64,000 nucleotides of DNA from Christiangramia sp. Lineage in GTDB: Bacteria; Bacteroidota; Bacteroidia; Flavobacteriales; Flavobacteriaceae. Below are positions 18,187 through 28,377 of this stretch, piece after piece. A program made the translations under genes and the position numbers. How positions within the stretch are numbered: the first letter of the stretch is position 1; every line of letters starts with the position of its first letter. Location: the NCBI GenBank assembly GCA_041580575.1, contig JBFGDP010000001.1, positions 1,468-65,467 of the forward strand, in the 5' to 3' direction. The notes under the pieces were generated by a model, which was not told the origin of the DNA, did no database searches, and saw only the letters and a program-made list of their open reading frames with translations.

Positions 18187-20558
18187 TGGGTATTTCGTAT
18201 ATAAACCGAATCAACATTTCTATAGGGTTACTTTCAACCTCCATGATCGCTTTTCAATTAAGCCTGATGCAATATTTATCTATCGTACAATGGCATCATT
18301 TTGCGTATATGATCATCGGCATAGCATTGTTAGGATTTGGTGCGGCCGGTACATTTCTGGCAATTTTCAAAAAACGGCTGGTTGCAAATTTGCCCTTTTC
18401 CTTACCTCTGCTAATATCTATTTCAGGAATATCTATGCCATTGAGCGTTTGGTTATCAGGGCAACCTATATTTCGCTTTGACACCTACTTGCTTTTTGTA
18501 GAGCAAAGTGAGCTCTGGAAATTATTGCTGTTCGAGCTTTTGTTCTTCGTTCCGTTTTTCTCGTGTGCTCTGGCTATTGGTATTGTGTTTATAAAGTTTA
18601 CCGATAAAATAGGTCAATTATATTTTAGCAACCTGGCCGGCTCGGGTTTGGGTGGAATTTTAATCATAGGTCTTTTCTGGCTGTTTAATCCTGCACTAAT
18701 TCCTGTTATTACAGGATTACTTGCTATCCTGGCATCTTTTGTTCTATTAGTTGGTCATAGAAACCCATGGTTGATTAAATTGAATATCATAACGCTCGCC
18801 GGTTGTTTAATCCTCGCTTTTACAGATCCATTAAACCTTAATATTTCCCAGTATAAAGGTTTGAGTAGAAGCCTTGACCTGCCTGAAACTTCAGTTAAAA
18901 GATCTGAAAACAGCCCTTTTGGCTGGGTTCAATATGTGTCTTCCAATGTAATTCGCTATGCGCCGGGGCTAAGTTTATCCTATACCGGGGATGTGCCGGT
19001 GGTAGACCTTATCTTTAATAATGCAGATTTGGCCGGGGCAGTTCTATCCACTCCCAAAGATAGCGAGATCCTTGATTTCACTACCTCTGGCGCGGCGCTG
19101 GCAATTAAAATCCCTGAAAAAGTACTGGTATTAGGAGCAGGGACGGGGGTAATAACCCATTATTTTAGTCAACATGATAATTTGCAAATAGATCATGTTG
19201 AACCCAATCCTATTGTCAACAAATTTTCTTCAGATGCTTCAAAATTCTTAGGTAATGTTACTGTTTATTCTATGGATGCGCGTTACTTTTTATCTAATTC
19301 CCAGGAAACTTATGACATCATTAGCCTTCCCGATATCGGGGAATTTGGAGGTTCTGCAGGCCTTAATGCTATACAGGAGAATTATTTGCTTACAATCGAT
19401 AGTTTTTCCAGCATGTATGATAGTCTGGACAAAGATGGAATTTTAACCGTTACAGTCTGGATAGATTATCCTTACCGGAATCCTTTAAAGCTAACTGCAA
19501 CATTTATAGAGACTCTCGCGGAAAAAGGTATTGACAATCCGGGGAACCATCTGGCAGCGATTAGGAGCTGGAATACTATTACTTATTTATTGAAAAGAGA
19601 AGAATTTAACCCTGCTGAAATTGCTAAGTTGGAAGGTTTTAGTAATAGGCTATCGTTTGACCCACTTTTACTTCCGGGCCTTGCAGATTTAGAAAGAAAT
19701 AATAACAATTTTCTTGAAGATGAAAACCTTTTTAGAATGACAGATAGCCTGATTACCGGAACACGAACGAAAGTCTATACTAACTATGACTTTAACCTGA
19801 AACCGGCTACAGATGATCGTCCCTATTTCTCACAATTCCTAAAGTGGAAAAACTTCCGGCATCTGCAAGATCTCTTTGGTGATCAATCAGCCTCATTCTT
19901 TGAGCTGGGTTACCTGATTCTGGTAATAACTTTTATACAATCATTATTTCTGGCAGTATTTCTAATCATTCTCCCCCTGATTTTTTTAAGAAGAAAAGTA
20001 AATAATAAATTATGGGTCCTGCTTTATTTCTCCGGTATTGGCATTGGATTCATGTTTGTAGAAATCGTTATGATCCAGCGGTTTATTCTATTTCTTGGTA
20101 ACCCGGTATATTCTGTCGCCGCGGTGATATGTTTTATGTTGGTAGCCTCCGGAATTGGAAGCTGGTATTCTTCAAGGCTAAAAACCAGATTATACTCTAT
20201 TCAGCGTATCACCTTCCTGATTTTTTTGATAATAGCTGTGTATGCTTTTGGATTGCCGGCTATTTTAAATACCGGGATGAGGTTTTCTTTAGGGATTAAA
20301 ATACTATATGTACTCATTCTAATTGGAATTCCTTCTTTTTTTATGGGAATGCCATTTCCTTTAGGCTTGAAATATCTTTCAGAAAACAATGCTAAAGCAG
20401 TGCCCTGGGCCTGGGGTATTAATGGTTGCTTATCTGTGATAAGTGCGTCCCTGGCGACTATCTTCGCTATAGAAGCGGGATTTTCAATAATAACCTTTTT
20501 GGGTGCCGCGGCGTACCTGGTAACTATGGCCAGTTGCTTTATTCCGGCAAAGACCTGA
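18186..20558 (+). CDS. Multi-pass membrane protein with central spermidine-synthase-like SAM-binding domain
   Basis: ATG overlaps the pcm stop (TAATG); N- and C-terminal TM bundles; VLVLGAGTG, HVEPNP, DARYFL, PATDDRPYF, PWAWGING. Confidence 0.8.
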   Translation: MGISYINRINISIGLLSTSMIAFQLSLMQYLSIVQWHHFAYMIIGIALLGFGAAGTFLAIFKKRLVANLPFSLPLLISISGISMPLSVWLSGQPIFRFDTYLLFVEQSELWKLLLFELLFFVPFFSCALAIGIVFIKFTDKIGQLYFSNLAGSGLGGILIIGLFWLFNPALIPVITGLLAILASFVLLVGHRNPWLIKLNIITLAGCLILAFTDPLNLNISQYKGLSRSLDLPETSVKRSENSPFGWVQYVSSNVIRYAPGLSLSYTGDVPVVDLIFNNADLAGAVLSTPKDSEILDFTTSGAALAIKIPEKVLVLGAGTGVITHYFSQHDNLQIDHVEPNPIVNKFSSDASKFLGNVTVYSMDARYFLSNSQETYDIISLPDIGEFGGSAGLNAIQENYLLTIDSFSSMYDSLDKDGILTVTVWIDYPYRNPLKLTATFIETLAEKGIDNPGNHLAAIRSWNTITYLLKREEFNPAEIAKLEGFSNRLSFDPLLLPGLADLERNNNNFLEDENLFRMTDSLITGTRTKVYTNYDFNLKPATDDRPYFSQFLKWKNFRHLQDLFGDQSASFFELGYLILVITFIQSLFLAVFLIILPLIFLRRKVNNKLWVLLYFSGIGIGFMFVEIVMIQRFILFLGNPVYSVAAVICFMLVASGIGSWYSSRLKTRLYSIQRITFLIFLIIAVYAFGLPAILNTGMRFSLGIKILYVLILIGIPSFFMGMPFPLGLKYLSENNAKAVPWAWGINGCLSVISASLATIFAIEAGFSIITFLGAAAYLVTMASCFIPAKT

Positions 20559-20571
20559 AAACATTATAAAC

Positions 20572-21237
20572 TTAAGAATGAATGATCTCGCCATCTACCA
20601 TGGTAAGCTTCCGGTCTGCCATATCTGCCAGCTCCTCGTTATGGGTAACGATCACAAAAGTTTGTGCAAATTCATCCCTTAGCTGAAAGAATAATTTATG
20701 TAAATTTTCCGCAGATTCACTATCAAGATTTCCCGAAGGTTCATCAGCGAAGATCACGGCGGGATTATTTATTAAACTTCTTGCTACGGCAATTCTCTGC
20801 TGTTCACCGCCACTTAGTTCTCCCGGTTTGTGGGAAGCCCTGTTCTCAAGGCCAAGAAAGCTTAATAATTCCATAGCTCTCTTTTCAGCGTCTTTTCTGG
20901 AAGTCTTGGCAATAAATGCGGGAATACAGATGTTCTCAAGGGCTGTGAATTCAGGTAGTAACTGGTGAAACTGGAATATAAAACCTATATGCTTATTTCT
21001 GAATTTTGAAAGCTCCCTGGAACGAAGTCCGTAAATATTTGTGCCGTTAATTTCTAAATGGGAGTTCTTTTTTTTAGAAGGTTTGTCCAGGGTGCCAAGA
21101 ATTTGCAGAAGAGTGGTCTTTCCTGCTCCCGATGCTCCTACAATAGATACAATTTCACTTTTCTTAATATGAAGATCTACCGCTTTTAATACGTGTAAAT
21201 CTCCGTAATACTTATGAATATTCCTGGCTTTGATCAT
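20572..21237 (-). CDS. lolD: ABC transporter ATP-binding protein (LolD-like)
   Basis: [41 protein letters not shown]. Confidence 0.8.
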   Translation of the reverse strand: MIKARNIHKYYGDLHVLKAVDLHIKKSEIVSIVGASGAGKTTLLQILGTLDKPSKKKNSHLEINGTNIYGLRSRELSKFRNKHIGFIFQFHQLLPEFTALENICIPAFIAKTSRKDAEKRAMELLSFLGLENRASHKPGELSGGEQQRIAVARSLINNPAVIFADEPSGNLDSESAENLHKLFFQLRDEFAQTFVIVTHNEELADMADRKLTMVDGEIIHS

Positions 21238-21288
21238 CTTAAAAAATAAGTGCTCCGAAAATAGCCAAATTAGGATGATTCCCCAAGT

Positions 21289-23727
21289 TTAGCTTCGGAA
21301 TAAGTTTTTTACGTTATTATAGTCTATGAAGTAAACAATACGCAGGCTAAGATTATTACGGGCCGGTGTATCAAATAAATTATCCAGACTTTCAGTAAAG
21401 CCCAGCTCACTAAATTTATCTTCATTGAATAAAGAGTTGCGATACAGTAAGACAGCTTCGCTGCCTGGTGCAAATTGCCACCTGTAGCTAAGATCCAGAT
21501 TCCAGATATTGAAGTTGGCATCTGGATCATTAGTATTGTTAACCACATAATCATATGGGTCCAGGGCTCCCTGTTCGCCAAGTCTTAAAAATGCATTCTC
21601 GCTAAAACTTGCAGTAGACCAGAAGTGTCGAAAACTAAGATTTAAACCTTGCTTATTACTGAAGTTATAGCTTGCCTTTAGGGCATTTTCAAGGCTCTTT
21701 TGATCCCTGTTCCCAAAGATCACTTCCCTGTTTATTTGTGTCACATAACTGGGGCGATCATTCTGGAAGGTATATTCAAATTCGTAGACCATATTAAAAT
21801 GCGCATTAAATCTGAACCTTGGTTCCAGATTAAGGCGAAGATTATTAAATGAAGAATCAAAATATTCTTCAAAGCTCATTCGAACATCGTAGGCAAATTG
21901 TTTGCGATAATCTGAAGAGATAAAAAATCTCATATCGCTAAAAGGCTTATACAGCACAAAGGTGTCTTCTACTCTGGGCTCGAAGAAATCCTTGAATTCA
22001 GAATTTATACCCAGTGCTCCACCAAAAGCAAATCTTTTGGTAGTGATAGCAAAGAAATCTGCCCCAACAGCGGTGTTGACAGCTACATCTGGTTGATACC
22101 TGCGCAAATGCTGACCAAATACACTCACCTTGAAGCGATTAAAATTACCCTTTGGTTCAAAGATCTGGTAGGAGGTACCCCAAAAGAGATTATTATAGTT
22201 ATTGATGAAATTTATTCCCAGGTCGTTAATGTCGTAAGTTTGATTGGCAAACTCATGCCCCAGCTTATACCTGAAATTTCCTTTAGTTCTTTCCACAGAT
22301 AATTCTGAAGCAAAACCAGTAAGATTCTGCCCCGGCTTGTTCACATTGCTCATTTTTGCCTGCCCTGTGAAATTAAAGGAATTTGTCTTATTGTATACAT
22401 CGAAAAGAAAGGCTGAAACATTCCCGTCCCTAAAATGACCTTCGCGGATAACGTTGGTGTTTATCAACGAAATAGAAGAGTTTTTATTAAAACGTTGATC
22501 CATCACCACGATATTATAATTGGCAAGAGATTCGGTAGTTACTCTTCTTCTGTTACCGGTAATGGTATCTCTTATAATTGCTTCCTGTTCATCTGTTATT
22601 GCATTAAAAAAGCCTATGCCTAATCCCCGTTCTGTTCTTCCCGAAATTTTCAAGGCGTTCAATAGATCGGTTCTCTCTGGATTATCTATTATTTCCTCGT
22701 CCTTAAGGAGGTTTGCCTGGGCATTATTAAAACCAATAGGCGTGCTTCCAACCCTTCGTGAATAAAAAAGATTCCCTTTATTAAATAATTCTGTTCCTTC
22801 AGTAAAGAAAGCCCGGTTTTCTCCAAAGATCTGTTCAAATGGGCCCAGGTTGAGCTCTACATCATCATATGCCGTCTGCCCAAAGTCTGGTACCAGGGTC
22901 ATATCCAGAGTGAAGGAATCATTGATTCCATACTTAAGATCCAGGCCCGCATTAAAATTGTACTCTGTGTCGCCATTATAGATATCAGCTGCTGCAGAGG
23001 TATAGGGATACAAACTGAGTCTTACTGGAGGGTTTATATTTGAAATGCCCTTTAGAAGTCCGGTATACTGGCTTTGTTGTCCCACAGATTTATCAATATA
23101 ATTCCACACATAGGTAGAATTTAAGTGCGTGATCTCCCTGGCAAACTGGATACCCCATAATTGATTCTCGGTATCGGGGAAACGAAGGGCAGAGTAGGGG
23201 ATCTTTATTTCGACATACCAGCCATCTTCATCTGAAGAAATCGCTGAATCCCATACCACGTTATATCCATAATCCTCATTATTTCCCGTCATTCTCGCAT
23301 CTGCCTGGGTTCCTGCTGCAGTGACGATAAAACGGGTTTGATTTTCACCATCATCATAGGTGTTAATATCTACCAGAAAGAATTCAGATTGGTTCAGGTT
23401 ATCTCTTTGAGTGAATTGCTTTAGTATTTTCTCGGGATGCTCTTCGTAAAGTATTCCTGCAATATATATAGCTTCATCATCGTAAACTATTTGGATCCTG
23501 GTATCATGGGATGGATCTATAGGGTCGCCGTCGCCCGGCTCTACCATTACAAAATCACCTTGAAGATCTGATCTTGCCCAAACAGCGTCGTCCAGTACAC
23601 CATCAATTTTTGGTGGATTCTCAATTTTATAGGTTTGATAAACTCTCCTTTTATTTGGATCGTCCTGTGAATAGATAAATATACTTGTAAGCGAAAGTAG
23701 CGTAAATAAGCAGAATTTGATGGGCAT
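21289..23727 (-). CDS. DUF5916 / CBM9-like outer-membrane protein
   Basis: Signal peptide; PKIDG.LDDAVW, EIKIPYSALRF, PDFGQ, ENRAFFTEG, LFYSRRVG. Confidence 0.8.
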   Translation of the reverse strand: MPIKFCLFTLLSLTSIFIYSQDDPNKRRVYQTYKIENPPKIDGVLDDAVWARSDLQGDFVMVEPGDGDPIDPSHDTRIQIVYDDEAIYIAGILYEEHPEKILKQFTQRDNLNQSEFFLVDINTYDDGENQTRFIVTAAGTQADARMTGNNEDYGYNVVWDSAISSDEDGWYVEIKIPYSALRFPDTENQLWGIQFAREITHLNSTYVWNYIDKSVGQQSQYTGLLKGISNINPPVRLSLYPYTSAAADIYNGDTEYNFNAGLDLKYGINDSFTLDMTLVPDFGQTAYDDVELNLGPFEQIFGENRAFFTEGTELFNKGNLFYSRRVGSTPIGFNNAQANLLKDEEIIDNPERTDLLNALKISGRTERGLGIGFFNAITDEQEAIIRDTITGNRRRVTTESLANYNIVVMDQRFNKNSSISLINTNVIREGHFRDGNVSAFLFDVYNKTNSFNFTGQAKMSNVNKPGQNLTGFASELSVERTKGNFRYKLGHEFANQTYDINDLGINFINNYNNLFWGTSYQIFEPKGNFNRFKVSVFGQHLRRYQPDVAVNTAVGADFFAITTKRFAFGGALGINSEFKDFFEPRVEDTFVLYKPFSDMRFFISSDYRKQFAYDVRMSFEEYFDSSFNNLRLNLEPRFRFNAHFNMVYEFEYTFQNDRPSYVTQINREVIFGNRDQKSLENALKASYNFSNKQGLNLSFRHFWSTASFSENAFLRLGEQGALDPYDYVVNNTNDPDANFNIWNLDLSYRWQFAPGSEAVLLYRNSLFNEDKFSELGFTESLDNLFDTPARNNLSLRIVYFIDYNNVKNLFRS

Positions 23728-23872
23728 TGATGGTTGGCTAATAAATTTTAAAACAGGATAAAAGTATTACTGTTCTGGAAATCTGGCAAAGCATTTCTAT
23801 AAAATCAAGTTAAACAGGATTATTTTTGTTTATTTAAAAACTAAATTTGATAAACAAAATTGTATTTTAACT

Positions 23873-24424
23873 ATGGAAGATCAAAATTTGGAAAAGGCTA
23901 CGTTAGCTGGAGGTTGTTTCTGGTGTACCGAAGCCGTTTTTCAAAGACTGGAAGGTGTAGAAAGAGTGACTTCAGGATTTACCGGTGGCACAATAAAAAA
24001 TCCGGCTTACAGGGAGATCATTACTGGCCGTACCGGTCATGCTGAAGCGATAGAGATTCTGTACGACCCAAAACGAATAACCTTTGAGGAGTTATTGTTA
24101 GTTTTTTTCGCAACCCATGACCCCACCACCCTGAACCGGCAACAGAACGATGTAGGTACACAATACAGGAGTGGTATTTTTTATCATGATGAAGAACAAA
24201 AAGAGATTGCCCTGGAAATAATCAGCTTGCTGGAAGACCAGGAAACCTTTAAAAATCCAATAGTTACCGAGGTGACCGCAGCAACTCCCTTTTATGTAGC
24301 TGAAAAGGAACATCAGGATTTTTATAATCAGCACCGGCAGCAACCCTATTGCCAGTATATTATTGATCCTAAGATCACAAAATTGAAAAAACTATTTTCA
24401 GATAAACTGAAACAAAAGAATTAA
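23873..24424 (+). CDS. msrA: Peptide-methionine (S)-S-oxide reductase
   Basis: [37 protein letters not shown]. Confidence 0.96.
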   Translation: MEDQNLEKATLAGGCFWCTEAVFQRLEGVERVTSGFTGGTIKNPAYREIITGRTGHAEAIEILYDPKRITFEELLLVFFATHDPTTLNRQQNDVGTQYRSGIFYHDEEQKEIALEIISLLEDQETFKNPIVTEVTAATPFYVAEKEHQDFYNQHRQQPYCQYIIDPKITKLKKLFSDKLKQKN

Positions 24425-24425
24425 A

Positions 24426-25022
24426 ATGTCATATAAATTCAGAGAAGAATATAATGCAGAAATCACTGCAGGATTAAAAAATAACTTCCGTGAAATAATT
24501 CAGGCGCTGGGAGAAGATCCTAACCGGGAAGGTGTTATGAATACTCCTGAAAGAGCGGCTAAAGCGATGCAGTTTCTAACCCAGGGTTATTCAATGGATG
24601 CAGAAAAAATTCTTAAAAAGGCAGTTTTCGAGGAAACCTATGATGAAATGGTGGTCGTGAAAGATATAGAGTTATATTCGCTGTGTGAACATCACATGCT
24701 TCCTTTTTTCGGAAAAGCTCATATTGCTTATATTCCCAATGGTAAGATCGTTGGATTGAGCAAATTGCCAAGAATCGTTGATGTATTTGCTCGACGACTG
24801 CAGGTCCAGGAAAGATTAACTAATGATATTCTGGAATGTCTTAATAATACTCTAAAACCTCAGGGAGTAGCTGTTGTAATTGAGGCTGCACATTTATGCA
24901 TGATGATGAGGGGCGTGCAAAAGCAGAATAGCGTTACTACCACATCAGGGTTTCGAGGTCAGTTTAAGGAAATCGAAACTCGAAATGAGTTTTTGAAACT
25001 CATTAGCTCTGATCTTAAATAA
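24426..25022 (+). CDS. folE: GTP cyclohydrolase I
   Basis: [45 protein letters not shown]. Confidence 0.97.
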   Translation: MSYKFREEYNAEITAGLKNNFREIIQALGEDPNREGVMNTPERAAKAMQFLTQGYSMDAEKILKKAVFEETYDEMVVVKDIELYSLCEHHMLPFFGKAHIAYIPNGKIVGLSKLPRIVDVFARRLQVQERLTNDILECLNNTLKPQGVAVVIEAAHLCMMMRGVQKQNSVTTTSGFRGQFKEIETRNEFLKLISSDLK

Positions 25023-25068
25023 GTAAGATGGCATCTTTTTTGATTTATGCTTCTCAAATTCTAAAAAG

Positions 25069-25371
25069 ATGAAATTATTCAAAAATAAATTATTTATAAA
25101 GGGTCTTCTGTATGACCTTGCAGGTATGGCTACGGTTGCCATCCCTCTTGTTGGACCATTTCTGGACTTGCTATGGGCACCTTATGCAGCCAAGAAAATG
25201 AGCGAAATGTAACCGGGACGTAAAGGGAAACTGGCATCGGCAATAGTATTTCTGGAAGAGATTATGCCTGGTACAGATATTATCCCAACCTTTACATTAA
25301 TGTATCTCTATACTTATGTATGGAAAAAAGAGCCCATGCAGGCACGGGTCATAGAAGTGGAAAGTTATTAG
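25069..25371 (+). pseudogene. Small membrane protein gene interrupted by an in-frame TAA (25210-25212)
   Basis: MKLFKNKLFIKGLLYDLAGMATVAIPLVGPFLDLLWAPYAAKKMSEM*PGRKGKLASAIVFLEEIMPGTDIIPTFTLMYLYTYVW...; both halves in the same frame and protein-like. Confidence 0.75.
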
Positions 25372-25394
25372 TGCTTTTTTAATTAGTTGAAGGG

Positions 25395-25429
25395 AAAATG
25401 GCTGTCTTTTAGGAGACAGCCATTTTTTT
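25395..25429. terminator. Bidirectional intrinsic terminator
   Basis: AAAATGGCTGTCT-TTTAGG-AGACAGCCATTTT. Confidence 0.85.
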
Positions 25430-27680
25430 ATAGACTCAAAGAAGCTGTAAACATAATGTTACGCCCAATATTTGCAATATTATCAGTTTTTAGTCTTGAT
25501 AAATGCGAAATATATTCTCTGTCTAAAAGATTTGTACCACTTAGGCCCAGGTCCAGTTCGAATTTGTCTAGTTTCAACTTTGTTCCTAAACCAGCACTTA
25601 GCAAGCCATATCCTACCGTCGATGTTTCAAAATTTCCGGGATTATTTTGATCGAACACATTCTGTAATCTGATAAAGGCATATTTTTTAGAAAAAGTATA
25701 ACCCTCTTCAAACTCCACGCGAAGAGTATTGGTAAGCGAATTCGCCGGGATGAGTGGCAGATAATCCCCATTGGATAATTTTCCGGTTACAGTTTCAAAA
25801 CTGCTCTCCAGGTGCAGCCAGTCTAATGGGTGGGGGTGGATATGAAACCCAACCTCACCACCGTATAAGGTAGCGTCCTGCTGTAGGTACTCAAATACCG
25901 GGTCGTTATCTATAAACTCCCCCCGGGGATTGAGATATATATAATCTTTTACAGCATTATGAAAAGCATTGATATATGCCTCAAAATGTTGATTTCTCCA
26001 TTCCAGCGCCAGGTCAAACTGGAAATTTTGCTCGTTTTCCAACTCTGGATTACCAATTTCGTAGCGGTTGGTCCCATGATGCGCACCATTCGAGGTAAGC
26101 TCAGATAAATTAGGAGCCCTGAACCCACTGGCAAGATTCAGCCTCGCGATAAATTTCTGATCTAACTGGTATTTAGCCCCGATAGCTCCGTTGAAACTAT
26201 TAAATTTCCTATCTAAAGCATCTATAATATCTCCATCCTCAGAGGTAAAGGCCTTACTGGTAAGAATCCTGTTGTCAAATCTTAAACCTCCCTGGAAATC
26301 CCAGTTTTCCAAATGGTAATGAGAGGTTACAAAAGTTCCGAAATCTGTAGTCTCTGAGTCTGGGATCAGGATCTCTTCTCCAAAGTTCTCGTTGGTCTGG
26401 AACATCCCCTGGATCCCTGCAATGGTTTCGAACTTACCATACCTGGGGAAGTTAAACTTAAAATTATAGTTCAGAGTCTCCAGATGCATTTCCAGAGCAG
26501 GTTCTCCCTCTTCATGCTCTTCATGTTCCTCTTCTGTTTCCTCTTCCTCATGTTCCTCATGTTCTTCAAACTCCTGGCGATCGTTGTACTGGTAACCTAC
26601 TTTAAGGTCAAGACTCGAATTACTAAGGTAGAATTTGTTGTCCAGGCTTAGCACATGGTTATCTATTTTCTGGTAGGGAAGGAGTGGATCTTTATCTGTA
26701 GTTTGAAGACCTATAGCTTCCGGAATTCCAATGTTACTTTGATTGAAATTATACCTTAAGTCGGCCTTATATTTACTATCCTGAAATCCCAGTCCCGCTT
26801 TAAGATCCTTTTCATTAAATCTGGTATTAGTCACCCGATATCCGGCGCCAGACTCATAATCACTATGGGCAGCATAGCTCCCGCGAGCGAGAAATTTAAG
26901 CTTTTCCCCAGACGTTTTCGCCATACCGCTGAATTGGTAACCCTGAGTATTGCTATAATAGTCCATGTCTATTGCTGCGTGGGTGTTCCCGGCTGATGCA
27001 AAGTTTTCAGGATTCAGGTACAGGACGCCTCCAATGGCATCGCTACCATAAAGTAGAGAGGCCGGACCTTTGATCACCTCCACACTGGCGATCCCTTTGG
27101 AGTTTATTCCAAGGCCATGTTCATCCCCATATTGCTGGTTTTCTAACCGCACTCCCTGAGTATAAACCAATACCCGGTTAGAGCTAAGACCTCTAATCAC
27201 AGGTTTCCCGATTCCCACACCTGTGGTTAGACTCTCCACGCCGGCGATCTGGGTAATACCGTCAGATAAATTAATGGCTCCTTTCCTGGTAAGTTCCGAA
27301 AGACTTTCCCTTTCTACCTTCATTACATTTTCACTTTGCAATTGATGAAAAGGGGTGGACACAATAACTTCTTCCATTTCTATGGCAGAAGGGATCAATA
27401 GAATTTCGATGTTGTCTACAGGAAGGTCTAATTCAGTATTATAGGTTGCAAAACCTATAGAAGAAACTACCATCTTATATTTGCCATTGGGCAGATTATT
27501 AAGGCTGAAGTTTCCTTGGGCATCGGTCATGGTTCCTTTCTCTAAAGCAGGAAAATAGATATTTGCACTAAAGACAGGCTCGCCGGTTAAATTGTTTTTT
27601 ACAGTCCCGGTTAATTGATTCTGACCGGATAATAGAGATGTTACTGCTAATAGCAGCACAAATAACAATGTATTTCTCAT
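25428..27680 (-). CDS. TonB-dependent receptor, probably metal uptake (His/Glu-rich loop)
   Basis: Signal peptide, CarboxypepD_reg-like N-domain, plug KPVIRGLSSNRV and EVIKGPASLLYGSDAIGGV, GFRAPNLSEL, C-terminal GRN. Confidence 0.9.
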   Translation of the reverse strand: MRNTLLFVLLLAVTSLLSGQNQLTGTVKNNLTGEPVFSANIYFPALEKGTMTDAQGNFSLNNLPNGKYKMVVSSIGFATYNTELDLPVDNIEILLIPSAIEMEEVIVSTPFHQLQSENVMKVERESLSELTRKGAINLSDGITQIAGVESLTTGVGIGKPVIRGLSSNRVLVYTQGVRLENQQYGDEHGLGINSKGIASVEVIKGPASLLYGSDAIGGVLYLNPENFASAGNTHAAIDMDYYSNTQGYQFSGMAKTSGEKLKFLARGSYAAHSDYESGAGYRVTNTRFNEKDLKAGLGFQDSKYKADLRYNFNQSNIGIPEAIGLQTTDKDPLLPYQKIDNHVLSLDNKFYLSNSSLDLKVGYQYNDRQEFEEHEEHEEEETEEEHEEHEEGEPALEMHLETLNYNFKFNFPRYGKFETIAGIQGMFQTNENFGEEILIPDSETTDFGTFVTSHYHLENWDFQGGLRFDNRILTSKAFTSEDGDIIDALDRKFNSFNGAIGAKYQLDQKFIARLNLASGFRAPNLSELTSNGAHHGTNRYEIGNPELENEQNFQFDLALEWRNQHFEAYINAFHNAVKDYIYLNPRGEFIDNDPVFEYLQQDATLYGGEVGFHIHPHPLDWLHLESSFETVTGKLSNGDYLPLIPANSLTNTLRVEFEEGYTFSKKYAFIRLQNVFDQNNPGNFETSTVGYGLLSAGLGTKLKLDKFELDLGLSGTNLLDREYISHLSRLKTDNIANIGRNIMFTASLSL
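26502..26567 (-). repeat. His/Glu-rich low-complexity insert EEHEEHEEEETEEEHEEHEEGE
   Basis: Imperfect GAR-GAR-CAT repeats within the receptor barrel coding region. Confidence 0.9.
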
Positions 27681-27722
27681 TGGAAATTATTAAATGTTTA
27701 TGAATTCGCTTTTTCTGAAGTA

Positions 27723-28040
27723 TTAAGCGAATACCGGTGGTCCCCTAAGATCGAATGGAAGGGGTTCATAAGCATTTAAAAAATCGTAATAACTATAAGT
27801 GAGTTTTTCCTGGAAAAGTGTAGTTGAGAATTCTACTTCAGGTAAATAAATCGCAAGTGCAGGATTCTTCTGAAAATGATGAAGATCACAGTCCACAGAT
27901 TGACTATGATAATGATGATCGGCATAATTATCACATAATTTATGTGAATGTTCAGAAAAAATATGAGTGAAACTAACGGCAGATGGGAGCAGTATTAAAA
28001 CTGCTGATAAAACAAAAAATATGTTTTTTAATACTTTCAA
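27723..28040 (-). CDS. His/Cys-rich upstream ORF with C-terminal RGPP motif (CruR/DUF2946-like candidate arrest peptide)
   Basis: N-terminal hydrophobic helix, 8 His + 2 Cys in residues 26-55, LRGPPVFA at the C-terminus, 42 nt before the receptor ATG. Confidence 0.7.
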   Translation of the reverse strand: MKVLKNIFFVLSAVLILLPSAVSFTHIFSEHSHKLCDNYADHHYHSQSVDCDLHHFQKNPALAIYLPEVEFSTTLFQEKLTYSYYDFLNAYEPLPFDLRGPPVFA

Positions 28041-28042
28041 AC

Positions 28043-28348
28043 TTAATCTTTAAAGACCTTTGCGAAACCAAGTCTGCATAACATCTTTTTCTCAAAAGCC
28101 CAGAAAAATTCGAACTGGCCAAAGATCCAGCCAAAACTTACCAGTAATACCTGATATATAGGAAAGATCAAAAAGATCCTGGCGAACCAGTAAATAGACC
28201 AATGACTGGTCGCGGGGTCTATACCCAGGAAACTAACTACGGGACTGGCAAGCTTGGCTGCAGAAGAGCCGGTGATCGCAAATACCAATAAAATGATGAA
28301 TAGTTGCCAATTAGAATTTATTCCCCAGCGATCTTTCAATTTCTTCAT
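28043..28348 (-). CDS. Small membrane protein (DUF6787-like)
   Basis: MKKLKDRWGI.SNWQ..IIL.VFAITGS, FPIYQVLL...G..FGQF.FFW.FEKKM. Confidence 0.75.
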   Translation of the reverse strand: MKKLKDRWGINSNWQLFIILLVFAITGSSAAKLASPVVSFLGIDPATSHWSIYWFARIFLIFPIYQVLLVSFGWIFGQFEFFWAFEKKMLCRLGFAKVFKD

Positions 28349-28377
28349 GCTGCAAATATAATGATTTGAGTAAAGAA

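Noticed and set aside
17334-20571. Mobile-element origin for the pcm pair
   Set aside because: No transposase, integrase, terminal inverted repeats or target-site duplication visible
25210-25212. Programmed readthrough (selenocysteine/pyrrolysine) of the internal stop
   Set aside because: The codon is TAA, not TGA/TAG; a point mutation or sequencing error is simpler
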